NCBI GenBank assembly: GCA_003635315.1
Contig: PYJD01000023.1
Location: 134,502 to 198,501 of the forward strand
DNA: 64,000 nt
Direction: 5' to 3'
Source of the DNA: Candidatus Poribacteria bacterium
GTDB lineage: Bacteria > Poribacteria > WGA-4E > WGA-3G
The notes below the pieces were generated by a model. It saw only the letters and a program-made list of their open reading frames with translations, was not told the DNA's origin and ran no database searches. Shown here one piece after another: positions 41,386-51,864 of this stretch; positions within the stretch are counted from its first letter, which is position 1, and each line of letters begins with the position of its first letter. Both the position numbers and the translations under genes were made by a program.

Positions 41386-42004
41386 TGGATATTATTACAT
41401 CTTTTGGTCTATAATATGTGTCTTTCTTGTGGGTTTATCCGGATGTGCACAACAAGAAAAACAATCATCTTCAACTACTGATACAAGTGAAACTACTCAA
41501 CAAACAGATACTACTCAAGAGGTATCCACACCCGAAACCCAGGTTCAGAAACCCACTCCTCAGACTAAACCTGCAATTGATCCAGCAAATGCAATTGCCG
41601 TGATAGAAACTGAAAAAGGAAATATTGAGTTTGAATTTTTTGCTTCTGATGCTCCAATCACTGCAAAGGCATTTATAAAACATGCAAATCTTAACTACTA
41701 TAAAAACGAAAAATTTCATCGCGTTGAAGAACTAATCGTTCAAGCTGGGTCGGCTTTTGTCGATGGTACGCTACCTATTGAAAAAGGTAATCATCAACTC
41801 GTTAAAGGTGTCGTGTTAATGGCGAAAGAGGAAGGTACAACCGTTTCTGATGCAGATGAATTCTTTATTTGTAAAGATGCAATTTTATTAGATGATGACT
41901 TTACTACGCTTGGTAGAGTTATTAAAGGGCTTGATGTATTAGATAAACTTGTAGAAAATGATAAAATAATTAATATCTCAATCCGAGAACGTGATAATGA
42001 ATAA
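41363..42004 (+). CDS. Divergent cyclophilin-like PPIase-fold lipoprotein
   Basis: Lipobox LVGLSGCAQ, then a T/Q-rich linker. AVIETEKGNIEFEFFASDAPITAKAFIKH...KFHRVEELIVQAG...GVVLMAKEE...EFFIC. It overlaps the previous cyclophilin gene by 23 nt. Confidence 0.6.
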   Translation: MLRQQRINGYYYIFWSIICVFLVGLSGCAQQEKQSSSTTDTSETTQQTDTTQEVSTPETQVQKPTPQTKPAIDPANAIAVIETEKGNIEFEFFASDAPITAKAFIKHANLNYYKNEKFHRVEELIVQAGSAFVDGTLPIEKGNHQLVKGVVLMAKEEGTTVSDADEFFICKDAILLDDDFTTLGRVIKGLDVLDKLVENDKIINISIRERDNE

Positions 42005-42055
42005 AAATGGGTAATTATACTGAATTAACGATACCCTACTAACAAGGAGTGTTGA

Positions 42056-42424
42056 ATGGCACTATCTGTAATTCGGACTGCGCGTCCGAGTCCAGTTTGG
42101 CAAGAAAGTTATGTGAGAGTTGAAAAAGGACAAAGAATCGTTATTGATGCCGATGGGGCATGGTCACCAGATTTACAAAATCGTACTGGTTGGTGTGGGG
42201 CTGATGGCGTTGCCAAGACTCCTGCAGGAGATGGATATTTGCTACCGGGTACAAATATTGGCGCCCTAATTGCAAAAATAGGAAGCGATGTCTTTGCTGT
42301 CGGTTCACGATACGATAATCCTGCGCCAGCAGATGGTGTTATTTTTCTCGCTATGAATGAGAACCCAAATAACAACAACCAAGCTGGAAGTTTACAAGCA
42401 CAAATCATCCTTATTGATACATAA
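42056..42424 (+). CDS. PA-IL (LecA)-like galactophilic lectin domain protein
   Basis: 122 aa. GAWSPDLQNRTGWCGADG...GALIAKIGS...GVIFLAMNENPNNNNQAGSLQAQI parallels P. aeruginosa LecA (GWASYGP...GALVMKIGNSG...[25 protein letters not shown]). This rests on similarity to a remembered sequence. Confidence 0.5.
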   Translation: MALSVIRTARPSPVWQESYVRVEKGQRIVIDADGAWSPDLQNRTGWCGADGVAKTPAGDGYLLPGTNIGALIAKIGSDVFAVGSRYDNPAPADGVIFLAMNENPNNNNQAGSLQAQIILIDT

Positions 42425-42498
42425 TCTTAAATTCCATACACTGTAATATAAATCTGTGATAAAACTACTTTCAGTTTTTAAGTTTTAGGAGAAATCAC

Positions 42499-42945
42499 AT
42501 GGAAGATACCACAACCCAAGAAGATGTCCAACCACCCCCAGTAAGTTTTATTACTTATCTACAAGATCTTGTTACTACTGCACATCTATATTTGGAGGGT
42601 TTCAAAGACCCAGAGACCGAACAGTTGGTTGTAAATCTTGGGTTAGTAAAGAGGGTAATTGATACAATTGAGATGTTAGAGGAGAAAACAAAAGGAAATT
42701 TATCCGCACCAGAATCTAATTTCTTAGCTAATTCACTTTATGAACTGAGAATGAATTACGTCAGAGCAATAAACAAGCAACAAGAGTCATCTCAAGATAC
42801 TGAATCAGTTGAATCTGAAGAAAATACATCTACACCTGACTCACCTACCGAAGCTGATGATACTTCAAATCAAGAATCAACAGATACTGATATCAATGAA
42901 GTCCATCCACCCGTAGATGGTGAAGAATCAAAAGAAAACCTCTAA
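42499..42945 (+). CDS. DUF1844-domain protein with an acidic C-terminal tail
   Basis: YLQDLVTTAHLYLEG...LVVNLGLVKRVIDTIEMLEEKTKGNLSAPESNFLANSLYELRMNYV fits the DUF1844 consensus (...IDLLEMLQEKTKGNL...LL..LLYDLRM.YV). Confidence 0.6.
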   Translation: MEDTTTQEDVQPPPVSFITYLQDLVTTAHLYLEGFKDPETEQLVVNLGLVKRVIDTIEMLEEKTKGNLSAPESNFLANSLYELRMNYVRAINKQQESSQDTESVESEENTSTPDSPTEADDTSNQESTDTDINEVHPPVDGEESKENL

Positions 42946-43058
42946 ATTTCCAACCATCCATTCCCATTTGAATATTGTAAACAATTCTCAATGCAAATAA
43001 CCTTAGTTAGATAAACTAAAAAGGAAGAATAACGAGGAGTGCAATTTAACGAAGGATA

Positions 43059-44078
43059 ATGAATTATCAACGCAAGATAATTATAGCGTTCTCGCTTTTG
43101 ATCGGATTATTAATTCTCGGATCTACCGGTTATACAATCCTTGAAAGTAGAAATACTAACAAAGATTGGAATCTACTTGATGCAGTTTTCATGACTGTTA
43201 TTACTCTGACAACAGCAGGACACACCGATATGGGGATGAGCGATGGTGGAAGAATCTTTACTATGTTTCTTCTCATCGGTGGATACGGTGTATTTGTCTA
43301 TAGTGTTACTATCGCCATTGCTTTTCTAATTGAAGGACAACTCCTTAGTTTATTTAAACAAAGAAAAATGATACGTACTGTAGAAAAACTTTCAGATCAT
43401 TATATCGTTTGTGGTCTCGGGGACACCGGAATACATGTTTTAGAAGAAATGTTAAAATCAGATGTCAATTTTGTTGGGATTGAAGCTGATGAGGAACGCT
43501 TAGAACATCTTGAGGAAACTTTAGATTTTCTATACATTGAAGGGGATGCAACCGATGATGATGTACTCATACGGGCAGGAGTAAAACAGGCAAAAGGTTT
43601 AGTCACTTGTTTGAGTAGAGACCAGGATAATCTCTTTGTCGTGATTTCTGCAAAAAACCTTAATCCAAAAATACGCGTGGTTTCAAAGGCTGTTGAAAAC
43701 AACTCTCCTGACAAACTTATCACTGCTGGAGCAGATGAAGTTGTCTTACCAGACCATATTGGGGGAATTAGATTGGCTTCTGGTATACTTGAACCACATT
43801 TAATTGACTTCATTTCAAAAATGCAAGAAAGTCGTCAGACTGCACGCTTTGCTGAGTCTATCGTCCAAGATGATTCAAGACTCGCTGGTTTACCTTTAAG
43901 AGAATCATATATACAAGAAGAAACTGGACTGGTCATTATCGCATTGAGAAGTAAGGATGGACAATATATATATAATCCTTCTGGGGATTGGATTATTGAA
44001 GCAGGAGACGCTCTGTTTGTTATCGCTGATCCCAGACAGCTTCAACTATTAAATAAACTTACTGGTGATCCTCATTAA
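43059..44078 (+). CDS. Two-TM K+-channel-family protein with RCK (TrkA-N/TrkA-C) domains and an atypical pore sequence
   Basis: TM1, then a pore helix and filter-like TLTTAGHTDMG (canonical filter is TxTTVGYGD), then TM2. RCK motif YIVCGLGDTGIHVLEEM; TrkA-C region LPLRESYIQEETGLVIIALRSKDG. Confidence 0.75.
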   Translation: MNYQRKIIIAFSLLIGLLILGSTGYTILESRNTNKDWNLLDAVFMTVITLTTAGHTDMGMSDGGRIFTMFLLIGGYGVFVYSVTIAIAFLIEGQLLSLFKQRKMIRTVEKLSDHYIVCGLGDTGIHVLEEMLKSDVNFVGIEADEERLEHLEETLDFLYIEGDATDDDVLIRAGVKQAKGLVTCLSRDQDNLFVVISAKNLNPKIRVVSKAVENNSPDKLITAGADEVVLPDHIGGIRLASGILEPHLIDFISKMQESRQTARFAESIVQDDSRLAGLPLRESYIQEETGLVIIALRSKDGQYIYNPSGDWIIEAGDALFVIADPRQLQLLNKLTGDPH

Positions 44079-44253
44079 GGTCAACATATTAAATTTTTTT
44101 AACTATGATCTTAAATGTTATACTCACTCAAGATTGTAATGAAACCACCATCATAAAATTATCAGAACAACTTACCAATTTTTTCCAAAGGTCTGCCTTC
44201 AAGTTTATTATATATAATCTTCATTAAAATTATTCATATAAAGGAATTGATAT

Positions 44254-45792
44254 ATGCTTGCAACAGTCCTAAGTAGTGCTGTACTGGGTATTGACGCTTA
44301 TATTGTAAAAGTCGAAGTGGACGTTGCTGATGGTCTGCCTTCATTCAGTACAGTCGGTTTACCGGACAGTGCAATCAAGGAAAGTAAGGATAGAGTTACT
44401 GCAGCAATCAAGAATTCAGGTTTCTACTTCCCACCAAGTCGCATTACTGCAAATTTAGCTCCCGCAGATATTCGTAAGACTGGTTCCGCTTTTGATCTTC
44501 CCATTGCCATCGGAGTAATGGCAGCAACTAATCAAATAGATCTTAGCAGACTTGAAAATACTATGATATTAGGTGAATTGGCTCTTGATGGTACAATTAG
44601 AAAGATACAAGGTGGGTTACCCATAGCAATTGCAGCAAAAGAAAACGGTATTAAGAATGTAATCCTCCCTGCAGAAAATTCAAAGGAAGCTGCTATTGTT
44701 GCAGAGTTAAATGTTTATCCAATTGAGAGTCTTACCGATGCAGCTGCCTTTCTGAATGAGAGTAAGCAAATTACTCCTGAACCACATACACTCAGTTCTA
44801 TTCCTGAGCAAAACGAAAATAATACATATCTTGATCTTATTGATGTTAAGGGACAAGAGCATGTTAAACGCTCTATTGAAGTAGCTGCTGCTGGATCACA
44901 TAACATTATTATGATTGGACCCCCAGGTTCCGGCAAGACTATGATAGCAAAACGGATCCCTTCTATATTGCCTACATTGTCTACTGAAGAATCTTTGGAA
45001 ACTACTAAAATACAAAGTATTGTGGGGATTTTACCAAGTGATACACCCTTAGTTTCAATACGACCCTTCCGATCTCCACATCATACCATTTCTGATGCTG
45101 GACTTATTGGCGGTGGCAATGTTCCTCGTCCTGGTGAAGTCAGTCTATCACATAATGGTGTACTATTTCTTGATGAACTACCTGAATTCCGGAGAAATGT
45201 ACTTGAAGTGATGCGTCAACCTTTAGAAGATGGTCATGTGACTATTTCACGTGCCGCTGCTTCTCTTACATATCCTGCAAATTTTATGCTGGTTGCAGCG
45301 ATGAATCCTTGTCCCTGTGGTTTCTTCAGTGATCCAAATCGGGAATGTAAATGTACTCACAACCAAATACAAAACTATGTTTCACGGATTTCTGGACCTT
45401 TGTTAGATAGGATTGACATACAAGTTGAAGTGCCTGCTGTCAAATATGCTGAACTGTCAGCTGATGTTACTGGTGAACAGTCAGAATTAGTCCGTAATAG
45501 AGTCGAAAAAGCAAGAAGTATTCAATATCATAGATTTGAGGGTACTACAATACATTCTAATGCAAATATGCAATCAAAACAGATTCGAGAATATTGTAAG
45601 ATCGAATCTCAAGCACAGGATCTATTAAGGGTAGCAATTAACCAATTGGGATTGAGCGCAAGAGCTTATGACCGTATTCTGAAAGTCTCCCGAACCATTG
45701 CTGATTTGGAAGGTGCTCCTAATATTGAAAGTGGTCATGTCTCTGAAGCTATACAATACAGGAGTCTGGATCGGAGTTTTTGGAAAAAGTAA
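44254..45792 (+). CDS. comM: YifB/ComM-family Mg-chelatase-like AAA+ ATPase
   Basis: N-terminal domain [24 protein letters not shown]; Walker [10 protein letters not shown]; [10 protein letters not shown]; Zn-finger-like CPCGF...CKC; 512 aa. Confidence 0.9.
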   Translation: MLATVLSSAVLGIDAYIVKVEVDVADGLPSFSTVGLPDSAIKESKDRVTAAIKNSGFYFPPSRITANLAPADIRKTGSAFDLPIAIGVMAATNQIDLSRLENTMILGELALDGTIRKIQGGLPIAIAAKENGIKNVILPAENSKEAAIVAELNVYPIESLTDAAAFLNESKQITPEPHTLSSIPEQNENNTYLDLIDVKGQEHVKRSIEVAAAGSHNIIMIGPPGSGKTMIAKRIPSILPTLSTEESLETTKIQSIVGILPSDTPLVSIRPFRSPHHTISDAGLIGGGNVPRPGEVSLSHNGVLFLDELPEFRRNVLEVMRQPLEDGHVTISRAAASLTYPANFMLVAAMNPCPCGFFSDPNRECKCTHNQIQNYVSRISGPLLDRIDIQVEVPAVKYAELSADVTGEQSELVRNRVEKARSIQYHRFEGTTIHSNANMQSKQIREYCKIESQAQDLLRVAINQLGLSARAYDRILKVSRTIADLEGAPNIESGHVSEAIQYRSLDRSFWKK

Positions 45793-45846
45793 CTTATCAT
45801 GAGTTCCATGTAAGGACAATTTAGATAAACATCATCCAACAAACCC

Positions 45847-45935
45847 GGTAGGCGCGGTTTGCAACCGCGCCGAATATAATATTACATGTGGATTTAAGAG
45901 AACTATTCATTTAGAAATGGTATTATGGTGAAATA
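45847..45935. repeat. GC-rich hairpin (GCGCGGTT-tgc-AACCGCGC) followed by a ~60-bp AT-rich segment that recurs at 50297-50360
   Basis: ccgaatataatattacatgtggatttaagagaactattcatttagaaatggtat here versus ccgaatataatataacatgcgtatttatgacacctatttatttagaaatggtat at 50297-50350. The hairpin half recurs at 36417-36455. It may also act as the comM terminator. Confidence 0.55.
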
Positions 45936-45956
45936 TTGACATAATTATACACATTA

Positions 45957-46050
45957 CTTGTAGGCGGGGAATGCCCAATAAGGCATTCATACCGTTGATT
46001 CGATCTCCAAATCGCGATCAAGCCTGTGATAATCGGGAATCGGAATTCCC
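45957..46050. repeat. ~95-bp MITE/REP-like element with imperfect terminal inverted repeats
   Basis: cttgtaggcggggaatgcc...attccctcctacaa, with ends tgtaggcggggaat and attccctcctaca. The first 45 bp are nearly identical to 33011-33055. Confidence 0.6.
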
Positions 46051-46157
46051 TCCTACAAATCAGTATGTAGAATAAATTGTATATTCTACCATATATACTT
46101 ATGTCGAACTTATTCCAAAATTGATTCATCTGGTAATTAGGAGTTTTTGGAGAAAGC

Positions 46158-47507
46158 ATGCAAACAAATTTTATTATATTTCTAACTGATGACCAAGGAT
46201 ATGGTGATTTGTCATGTATGGGTGCCACTGATTTCAAGACACCTCATATTGATAGAATGGCATCTGAAGGTATAAGGTCTACAGATTGGTATTCTAATTC
46301 ACCTGTTTGTTCACCATCGCGTGCTTCACTATTAACGGGTAGATATCCTGCACATGCTGGAGTAAGATCAATTTTATCTGGTCATAGAACTGCTACTGGA
46401 TTACCTCCATCCGTTCCAACAATTGCAACTGCACTTAAGGAACTTGGATATTATACCGCTATGGCAGGGAAATGGCATTTAGGTCTCGCTGAAGGTTCAA
46501 GACCAGAAGATCACGGCTTTGATGATTGGTTCGGTTTCATGGCAGGATGTATTGATTTCTACTCACACATCTTTTATTGGGGATTGGGAAGACCAGATTT
46601 CGATCAAACACACGATCTATGGGAAAACGGTGAGGAAATATATCGAAATGGTGAGTACTTTACTGAATTAATTACCGAATATGCTATCCGATATATCCGC
46701 AAATCTGTTGAACTGGGTAAACCGTTTTTCCTATACGTTCCGTATAATGCTCCTCACTATCCCATGCATGCTCCACAGGAATATATTGATAGATTTCCAG
46801 ATCTACCGTGGGATAGACAAATTATGGCTGCAATGTTAAGTGCTGTTGATGACAGTGTAGGCGCTATATTTGCTGAGCTTGAACGTCATGGTTTAGCAGA
46901 AAATACTTTCTCATATTTCCAAAGCGATAATGGACCTTCACGTGAAACTCGAAATTGGTTAGATGGAACACAAGATCCTTATTATGGTGGCAGTGCAGGT
47001 AAACTAAAAGGACATAAGTTCAGTTTATATGAAGGTGGGATTCGTTCTCCTGGGATAATGCACTGGCGAAAGGAAATACCACCTGGAAATGTTGTTAACC
47101 AATATGGTGCTGCAATGGATGTATTTCCAACCTTCCTATCCGCCGCTGGTGGAGACCTATCAAAATATCAACTTGATGGAAAAAACCAAATAGGTATGGT
47201 CTGTGATGGACAATATACCCCTCATACCGATATTTTTTGGGAAATGGGAGACCAAACCGCTATGCGACGAAAGGAATGGAAATTAGTCCTTAACGGTAGA
47301 TTAGTAGAAGGTGCACCCCCAGAAGATGATGTCCACCTCGCAAATCTTAATGAAGATATGGGTGAAACAAAGAATCTAAAAGATGAGTATCCAGAGATTA
47401 CTGCTGAGTTAACTGATGCAGCACAGACTTGGCGAAATAGTATCGAAGAATATTGGGAAGAACATAAACAAGAACGGAACGGGACGACTGGATATGTGAG
47501 ACAGTAG
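46158..47507 (+). CDS. Cys-type arylsulfatase (sulfatase family S1)
   Basis: [15 protein letters not shown]...[16 protein letters not shown] has the C-x-P-S-R formylglycine motif, then GKWHLG. No signal peptide is obvious at the annotated start. Confidence 0.85.
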   Translation: MQTNFIIFLTDDQGYGDLSCMGATDFKTPHIDRMASEGIRSTDWYSNSPVCSPSRASLLTGRYPAHAGVRSILSGHRTATGLPPSVPTIATALKELGYYTAMAGKWHLGLAEGSRPEDHGFDDWFGFMAGCIDFYSHIFYWGLGRPDFDQTHDLWENGEEIYRNGEYFTELITEYAIRYIRKSVELGKPFFLYVPYNAPHYPMHAPQEYIDRFPDLPWDRQIMAAMLSAVDDSVGAIFAELERHGLAENTFSYFQSDNGPSRETRNWLDGTQDPYYGGSAGKLKGHKFSLYEGGIRSPGIMHWRKEIPPGNVVNQYGAAMDVFPTFLSAAGGDLSKYQLDGKNQIGMVCDGQYTPHTDIFWEMGDQTAMRRKEWKLVLNGRLVEGAPPEDDVHLANLNEDMGETKNLKDEYPEITAELTDAAQTWRNSIEEYWEEHKQERNGTTGYVRQ

Positions 47508-47508
47508 T

Positions 47509-48249
47509 ATGTTAACTGACAAGCAGGATGCTTATGGACACCTCATTTACGATTACTTGAATGGAGAGCAAGTCCTTGAAATCGTTGAACGAGATGACGG
47601 TTACATTACCACCAGTCGGATGGGACCACTCACCTATTTTGCAGAATATCATGACTGGGAAGAACATCATAAACTTGCTATGAACTATACTACTGGACGG
47701 ATCTTAGATATCGGCTGCGGAGCAGGAAGACACGCTCTCTATCTTCAAAAAAATGGACATGATGTCTTGGCAACCGACTATTCTCCATTGGCAATTCAAG
47801 TATGTAAAAAGCGAGATGTCAAACACGCCATAGTTGTACCGATTACCCAACTTAATAACAAACTCGGTACATTCAACACGATAACCATGCTGGGAAACAA
47901 TTTCGGTTTATTTGCCAGTTATAAGAGAGCAAAATGGTTATTGAAGCGATTCGCAGGTATGACAACAGAAGATGGTAAGATCGTCGCGGAGACGATGGAC
48001 CCGTACCAAACAGAAAACCCTACACATCTCGCATATCATCAATTTAATAGAGAACGGGACAGAATGAGCGGACAACTGAGAATTCGTATACGTTACAAAC
48101 AATATGCTACGCCATGGTTCGACTACCTATTCGTCTCAAAATCTGAACTGGAAGATATCTTGGTCGGCACCAGTTGGACAGTTGAACGCTATATTGACTC
48201 AGACAAACCCAGTTATATTGCAATTTTGCAAAAACGAGTTAATTTATGA
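47509..48249 (+). CDS. Class I SAM-dependent methyltransferase
   Basis: [32 protein letters not shown] motif I. Its start is 2 nt after the sulfatase stop. Confidence 0.75.
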   Translation: MLTDKQDAYGHLIYDYLNGEQVLEIVERDDGYITTSRMGPLTYFAEYHDWEEHHKLAMNYTTGRILDIGCGAGRHALYLQKNGHDVLATDYSPLAIQVCKKRDVKHAIVVPITQLNNKLGTFNTITMLGNNFGLFASYKRAKWLLKRFAGMTTEDGKIVAETMDPYQTENPTHLAYHQFNRERDRMSGQLRIRIRYKQYATPWFDYLFVSKSELEDILVGTSWTVERYIDSDKPSYIAILQKRVNL

Positions 48250-49139
48250 CACCTCTTAAATTCGCTTTTATTACAGATACACATCTCTATCCAAATGCAC
48301 CACAAAACTTTGCAGGCGGTTTGCAGCAACAGATAAATAGTCTTGCTCTTTATGAGAGAGTTATTCAACAGTTAAATGAGTTTGATCCTGCATTCGTCGT
48401 TCACGGTGGGGATATTGTTTGTGGAGGAAATAGTTTTGCTATGACCTCTGAAGAATATGTGGAAGCTCTCAATACCGCTCGTTCACTCGGTGAAAAACTA
48501 AATGCTCCAATTTATTATATACCCGGAAATCACGATCTTGATCCGGAAACCGGTTCTAAAGCCTCATATCTTGAATGTTTCGGGATAAACAATAGAGGTT
48601 CAACAAGTTTCGTAAAAGACAACATTAGGTTTATTTTGATGGATGCACAAGAAGTTCCTGAAGATCTGACACACGGCTATGTCAGTACAAATCAACTTGC
48701 CTGGGTAGAACGCGAACTGAAAATGGCAACTGATTATGGAGAAGAAATCATCATCTTTACTCACCAACTGCCATTTCCGAGTGTGGAATTTCAAGGGATG
48801 GGTTCAAGAATTGCAAATTCTGCAGAAATCCTTGAAATCGTTGCACCTTTTGAACAACAAATTTTAGCCTTCTTTTGTGGACACCTTCATCTAAATCGTG
48901 TATATCGAGAACAAGGTTTATTATGTATCATAACATCCGGTGTTATATGCTATCCCATGATGTGGCGTCAGGTTCTTGTATATCCTGATAGAGTTGAGGT
49001 TTTGTCTGTTCCTATTGATTTACCTGAGGTATATGCGGATTCTGAAGCTGTTAATCCAGATAATAACCCATATTTGTCTGGTAGACCAAGAGATCTGGAA
49101 ATTACGATTCCAAGAATAAAAAGTCAAGATAACAATTAG
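48246..49139 (+). CDS. Calcineurin-like metallophosphoesterase
   Basis: [24 protein letters not shown] and GHLH motifs; 4-nt overlap with the upstream methyltransferase. Confidence 0.75.
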   Translation: MTPLKFAFITDTHLYPNAPQNFAGGLQQQINSLALYERVIQQLNEFDPAFVVHGGDIVCGGNSFAMTSEEYVEALNTARSLGEKLNAPIYYIPGNHDLDPETGSKASYLECFGINNRGSTSFVKDNIRFILMDAQEVPEDLTHGYVSTNQLAWVERELKMATDYGEEIIIFTHQLPFPSVEFQGMGSRIANSAEILEIVAPFEQQILAFFCGHLHLNRVYREQGLLCIITSGVICYPMMWRQVLVYPDRVEVLSVPIDLPEVYADSEAVNPDNNPYLSGRPRDLEITIPRIKSQDNN

Positions 49140-49200
49140 GGATCATTCTCTAATTCCATACATTCATTGATGTAAATCTGCATCAACACCCACAATATAA

Positions 49201-50193
49201 ATGATTAAAGTACAAAATCTATATAAAAACTACGGTCCTTTTCAAGCGTTGAATGATATATCCTTTTCTGTAGAAAAAGGACAAATTGTAGGGTTTCTTG
49301 GTCCAAATGGTGCGGGAAAGACTACCACAATGCGGATACTTACATGTTTTATGCCTGCAAGTAGTGGAAAGGTTACAGTTGCTGGATATGATGTCTTTAA
49401 AGAATCTAAAGAGGTAAGAAATCGAATCGGTTACCTACCAGAAAACATACCTCTATACACCGAAATGACCGTTACAAAGTATTTATCATATATGGCAAAA
49501 ATACGAAATGTACCGAGAAAGCATCTTAAAGATCGATTAGATTCGGTTATAGAATCATGTGGATTAATTGACCGACGAAATCAGATTATTGGTCAACTCT
49601 CCCGGGGTTACAGACAACGAGTCGGTTTGGCTCAAGCATTAGTCCATGACCCAGAGGTCTTAATCCTTGACGAACCTACTTCCGGGTTAGATCCACGGCA
49701 AATTGTAGAAATACGAGATCTAATTAAAGGTCTTGGGAAAGATCGAACTATACTCTTTAGTACCCACATATTACCTGAAGCAAGCAACACTTGTGAACGG
49801 TTATTGGTTATTAGTAAAGGACAAATTACGGGTGATATAGAACTATCAAATGGACGGGCAATCACAGATACTCCATCAAAAACTGATGGGAATATCTCCT
49901 CTGATCAGGATCAGGGGATTGAGAAGACATTAACACTCGTTGTTACTGGGGCAGCTAATGACGAAATATTAACCACTCTTAGAAATATACCTGATGTGAT
50001 TAATGTAGAATATTCAATTGAACAATTAAGAGATACATATAATATACACTATAGTACTGATAAAGATATTCGTTCAGAAATCGCAAAAACTGTAGTTGAA
50101 CATAACTGGAATTTATTGGAAATGTATACTAACGAAATGAGTTTAGAAGAACTATTCCTATCTCTTACAGCTGAAAATATAACCAATGAATAG
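49201..50193 (+). CDS. ABC-2-type transporter ATP-binding protein (orphan, no adjacent permease)
   Basis: GFLGPNGAGKTTTMRIL; signature variant LSRGYRQRVGLAQAL; LILDEPTSGLDP. Confidence 0.85.
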   Translation: MIKVQNLYKNYGPFQALNDISFSVEKGQIVGFLGPNGAGKTTTMRILTCFMPASSGKVTVAGYDVFKESKEVRNRIGYLPENIPLYTEMTVTKYLSYMAKIRNVPRKHLKDRLDSVIESCGLIDRRNQIIGQLSRGYRQRVGLAQALVHDPEVLILDEPTSGLDPRQIVEIRDLIKGLGKDRTILFSTHILPEASNTCERLLVISKGQITGDIELSNGRAITDTPSKTDGNISSDQDQGIEKTLTLVVTGAANDEILTTLRNIPDVINVEYSIEQLRDTYNIHYSTDKDIRSEIAKTVVEHNWNLLEMYTNEMSLEELFLSLTAENITNE

Positions 50194-50408
50194 AAAGGAC
50201 ATCGTCTATGCTATAAAACAACATTCTTAAATGAACATAAACTAATACCATTTCTAAGAAATTTTATGACATATCAACGTAATTCACCACAAACCGCTCC
50301 GAATATAATATAACATGCGTATTTATGACACCTATTTATTTAGAAATGGTATAAGAATGGAAAGGTATGAAATTACCTAATCACTAAAACTTATGAAATG
50401 AGGATATA

Positions 50409-51704
50409 ATGCACTGTAATACATCATTGACACATATGCAGTTTAGTCGCAATACTATATTCTTTTTTATCTGCTGCATATCAATGTTTATTATCAGTTG
50501 TGGCGATGATGGATCATTACCATTAACTGAAAGCACAGAACCTATTGATGACATTTTTACGGTAAGTGAGTGGGATAAAATTAAAAGTCTCTCTCCACTA
50601 CCAGATAACCCACCACCCAGTCCAACAAACCGAGTTGCGGATAACGCTAATGCTTCGAAGTTAGGACAGATGTTTTTCTTTGATGAAAGATTCTCAAAAG
50701 ACGCAACTATTGCTTGTGCCACATGCCACTCTCCATTTCATGGATTTGCTGATGTTGAAGCAACATCATTAGGAAACGGAAGAGGGACCAGAAATGCTCC
50801 CACATTATTAAATGCTGCATACAACAATTGGCAATTTTGGGATGGACGTGCTGATTCACTTTGGGCACAAACCATTTTTGCATTAGAAGGTGAGAAGGAA
50901 CAAGCTGGCAATCGCCTACAGTTTTCACATTTAGTCTATAAACATTATAAGGAAGATTATGAATCAGTTTTCGGATCTTTACCAGATTTAACTGATACAA
51001 ATCGATTTCCTAAAAATGGTAAACCAGGAGATTATCAGTTTGATAATATGTCAGATGCTGATAAAATTGCAATCAATTCAATACTCGCAAATATAGGTAA
51101 AGCAATCGAAGCATACGAAAGACTATTAATTAGTCGAAATTCCCCTTTTGATCAATATGTAGCCGGGGATGTAAACGCAATCGGAATTCAGGCTAAACAG
51201 GGATTAAAGGTTTTTATTAGAGAAGGGAGTTGTATTGAGTGTCATAACAGTCCAACTCTTACTGACAATAAATTCCACAATGTCGGTCTTCCACAAGGGA
51301 ATCTCCCCTTAGATTATGGTAGATCTGATGGGATCAAACAACTGTTAGAAAACCCATTTAATGGACTTGGTATCTATAGTGATAATACGGAGATACCTAA
51401 ACTTATACTTGACTCATTAGCAGGATCAATTGAAACTGATGGTCAATTTAAAACACCATCATTAAGAAACGTAGCTCTAACTGCACCCTACATGCATACT
51501 GGAGATTTTCCTACATTGAAATCCATTCTGAGTTTCAATAGAAATGATGTTACAACAGCAGAATATGTGGGAATAGCTGAATCTACACGCAACTCAGGTA
51601 TTCTAACACAACAAGAGATGAGTGATTTAGTCGAATTTCTACAAACATTAACGGGTGAATTACCACCAGAACATCTCCTACAAAAGCCTAAACTACCAGA
51701 ATAA
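50409..51704 (+). CDS. Di-haem cytochrome c peroxidase (CCP/MauG family) lipoprotein
   Basis: Lipobox FIISCG. Haem 1 CATCHSPFHGF...GTRNAPTLLNAAYN..QFWDGRA; haem 2 GSCIECHNSP; conserved FKTPSLRNVALTAPYMHTG. Confidence 0.85.
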   Translation: MHCNTSLTHMQFSRNTIFFFICCISMFIISCGDDGSLPLTESTEPIDDIFTVSEWDKIKSLSPLPDNPPPSPTNRVADNANASKLGQMFFFDERFSKDATIACATCHSPFHGFADVEATSLGNGRGTRNAPTLLNAAYNNWQFWDGRADSLWAQTIFALEGEKEQAGNRLQFSHLVYKHYKEDYESVFGSLPDLTDTNRFPKNGKPGDYQFDNMSDADKIAINSILANIGKAIEAYERLLISRNSPFDQYVAGDVNAIGIQAKQGLKVFIREGSCIECHNSPTLTDNKFHNVGLPQGNLPLDYGRSDGIKQLLENPFNGLGIYSDNTEIPKLILDSLAGSIETDGQFKTPSLRNVALTAPYMHTGDFPTLKSILSFNRNDVTTAEYVGIAESTRNSGILTQQEMSDLVEFLQTLTGELPPEHLLQKPKLPE

Positions 51705-51864
51705 AGATAGGTATTGTTGTACAATTAGATGTCATTAATATACATCTGTTTATATAAGTCTTAGACACCAATTATACTCTTGATCATAGTTATACCTAAA
51801 CGCCAATCTTATCTGTATTATCCAACATTTCTTTGTAATATACAGATCTATTTAGACTAATGAT

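Noticed and set aside
46158-47507. Considered the sulfatase plus FGE proteins to be a canonical sulfatase-maturation pair
   Set aside because: All three FGE-domain proteins lack the LCHxxYC catalytic Cys pair and are separated from the sulfatase by several unrelated genes. A canonical maturase role is not supported.
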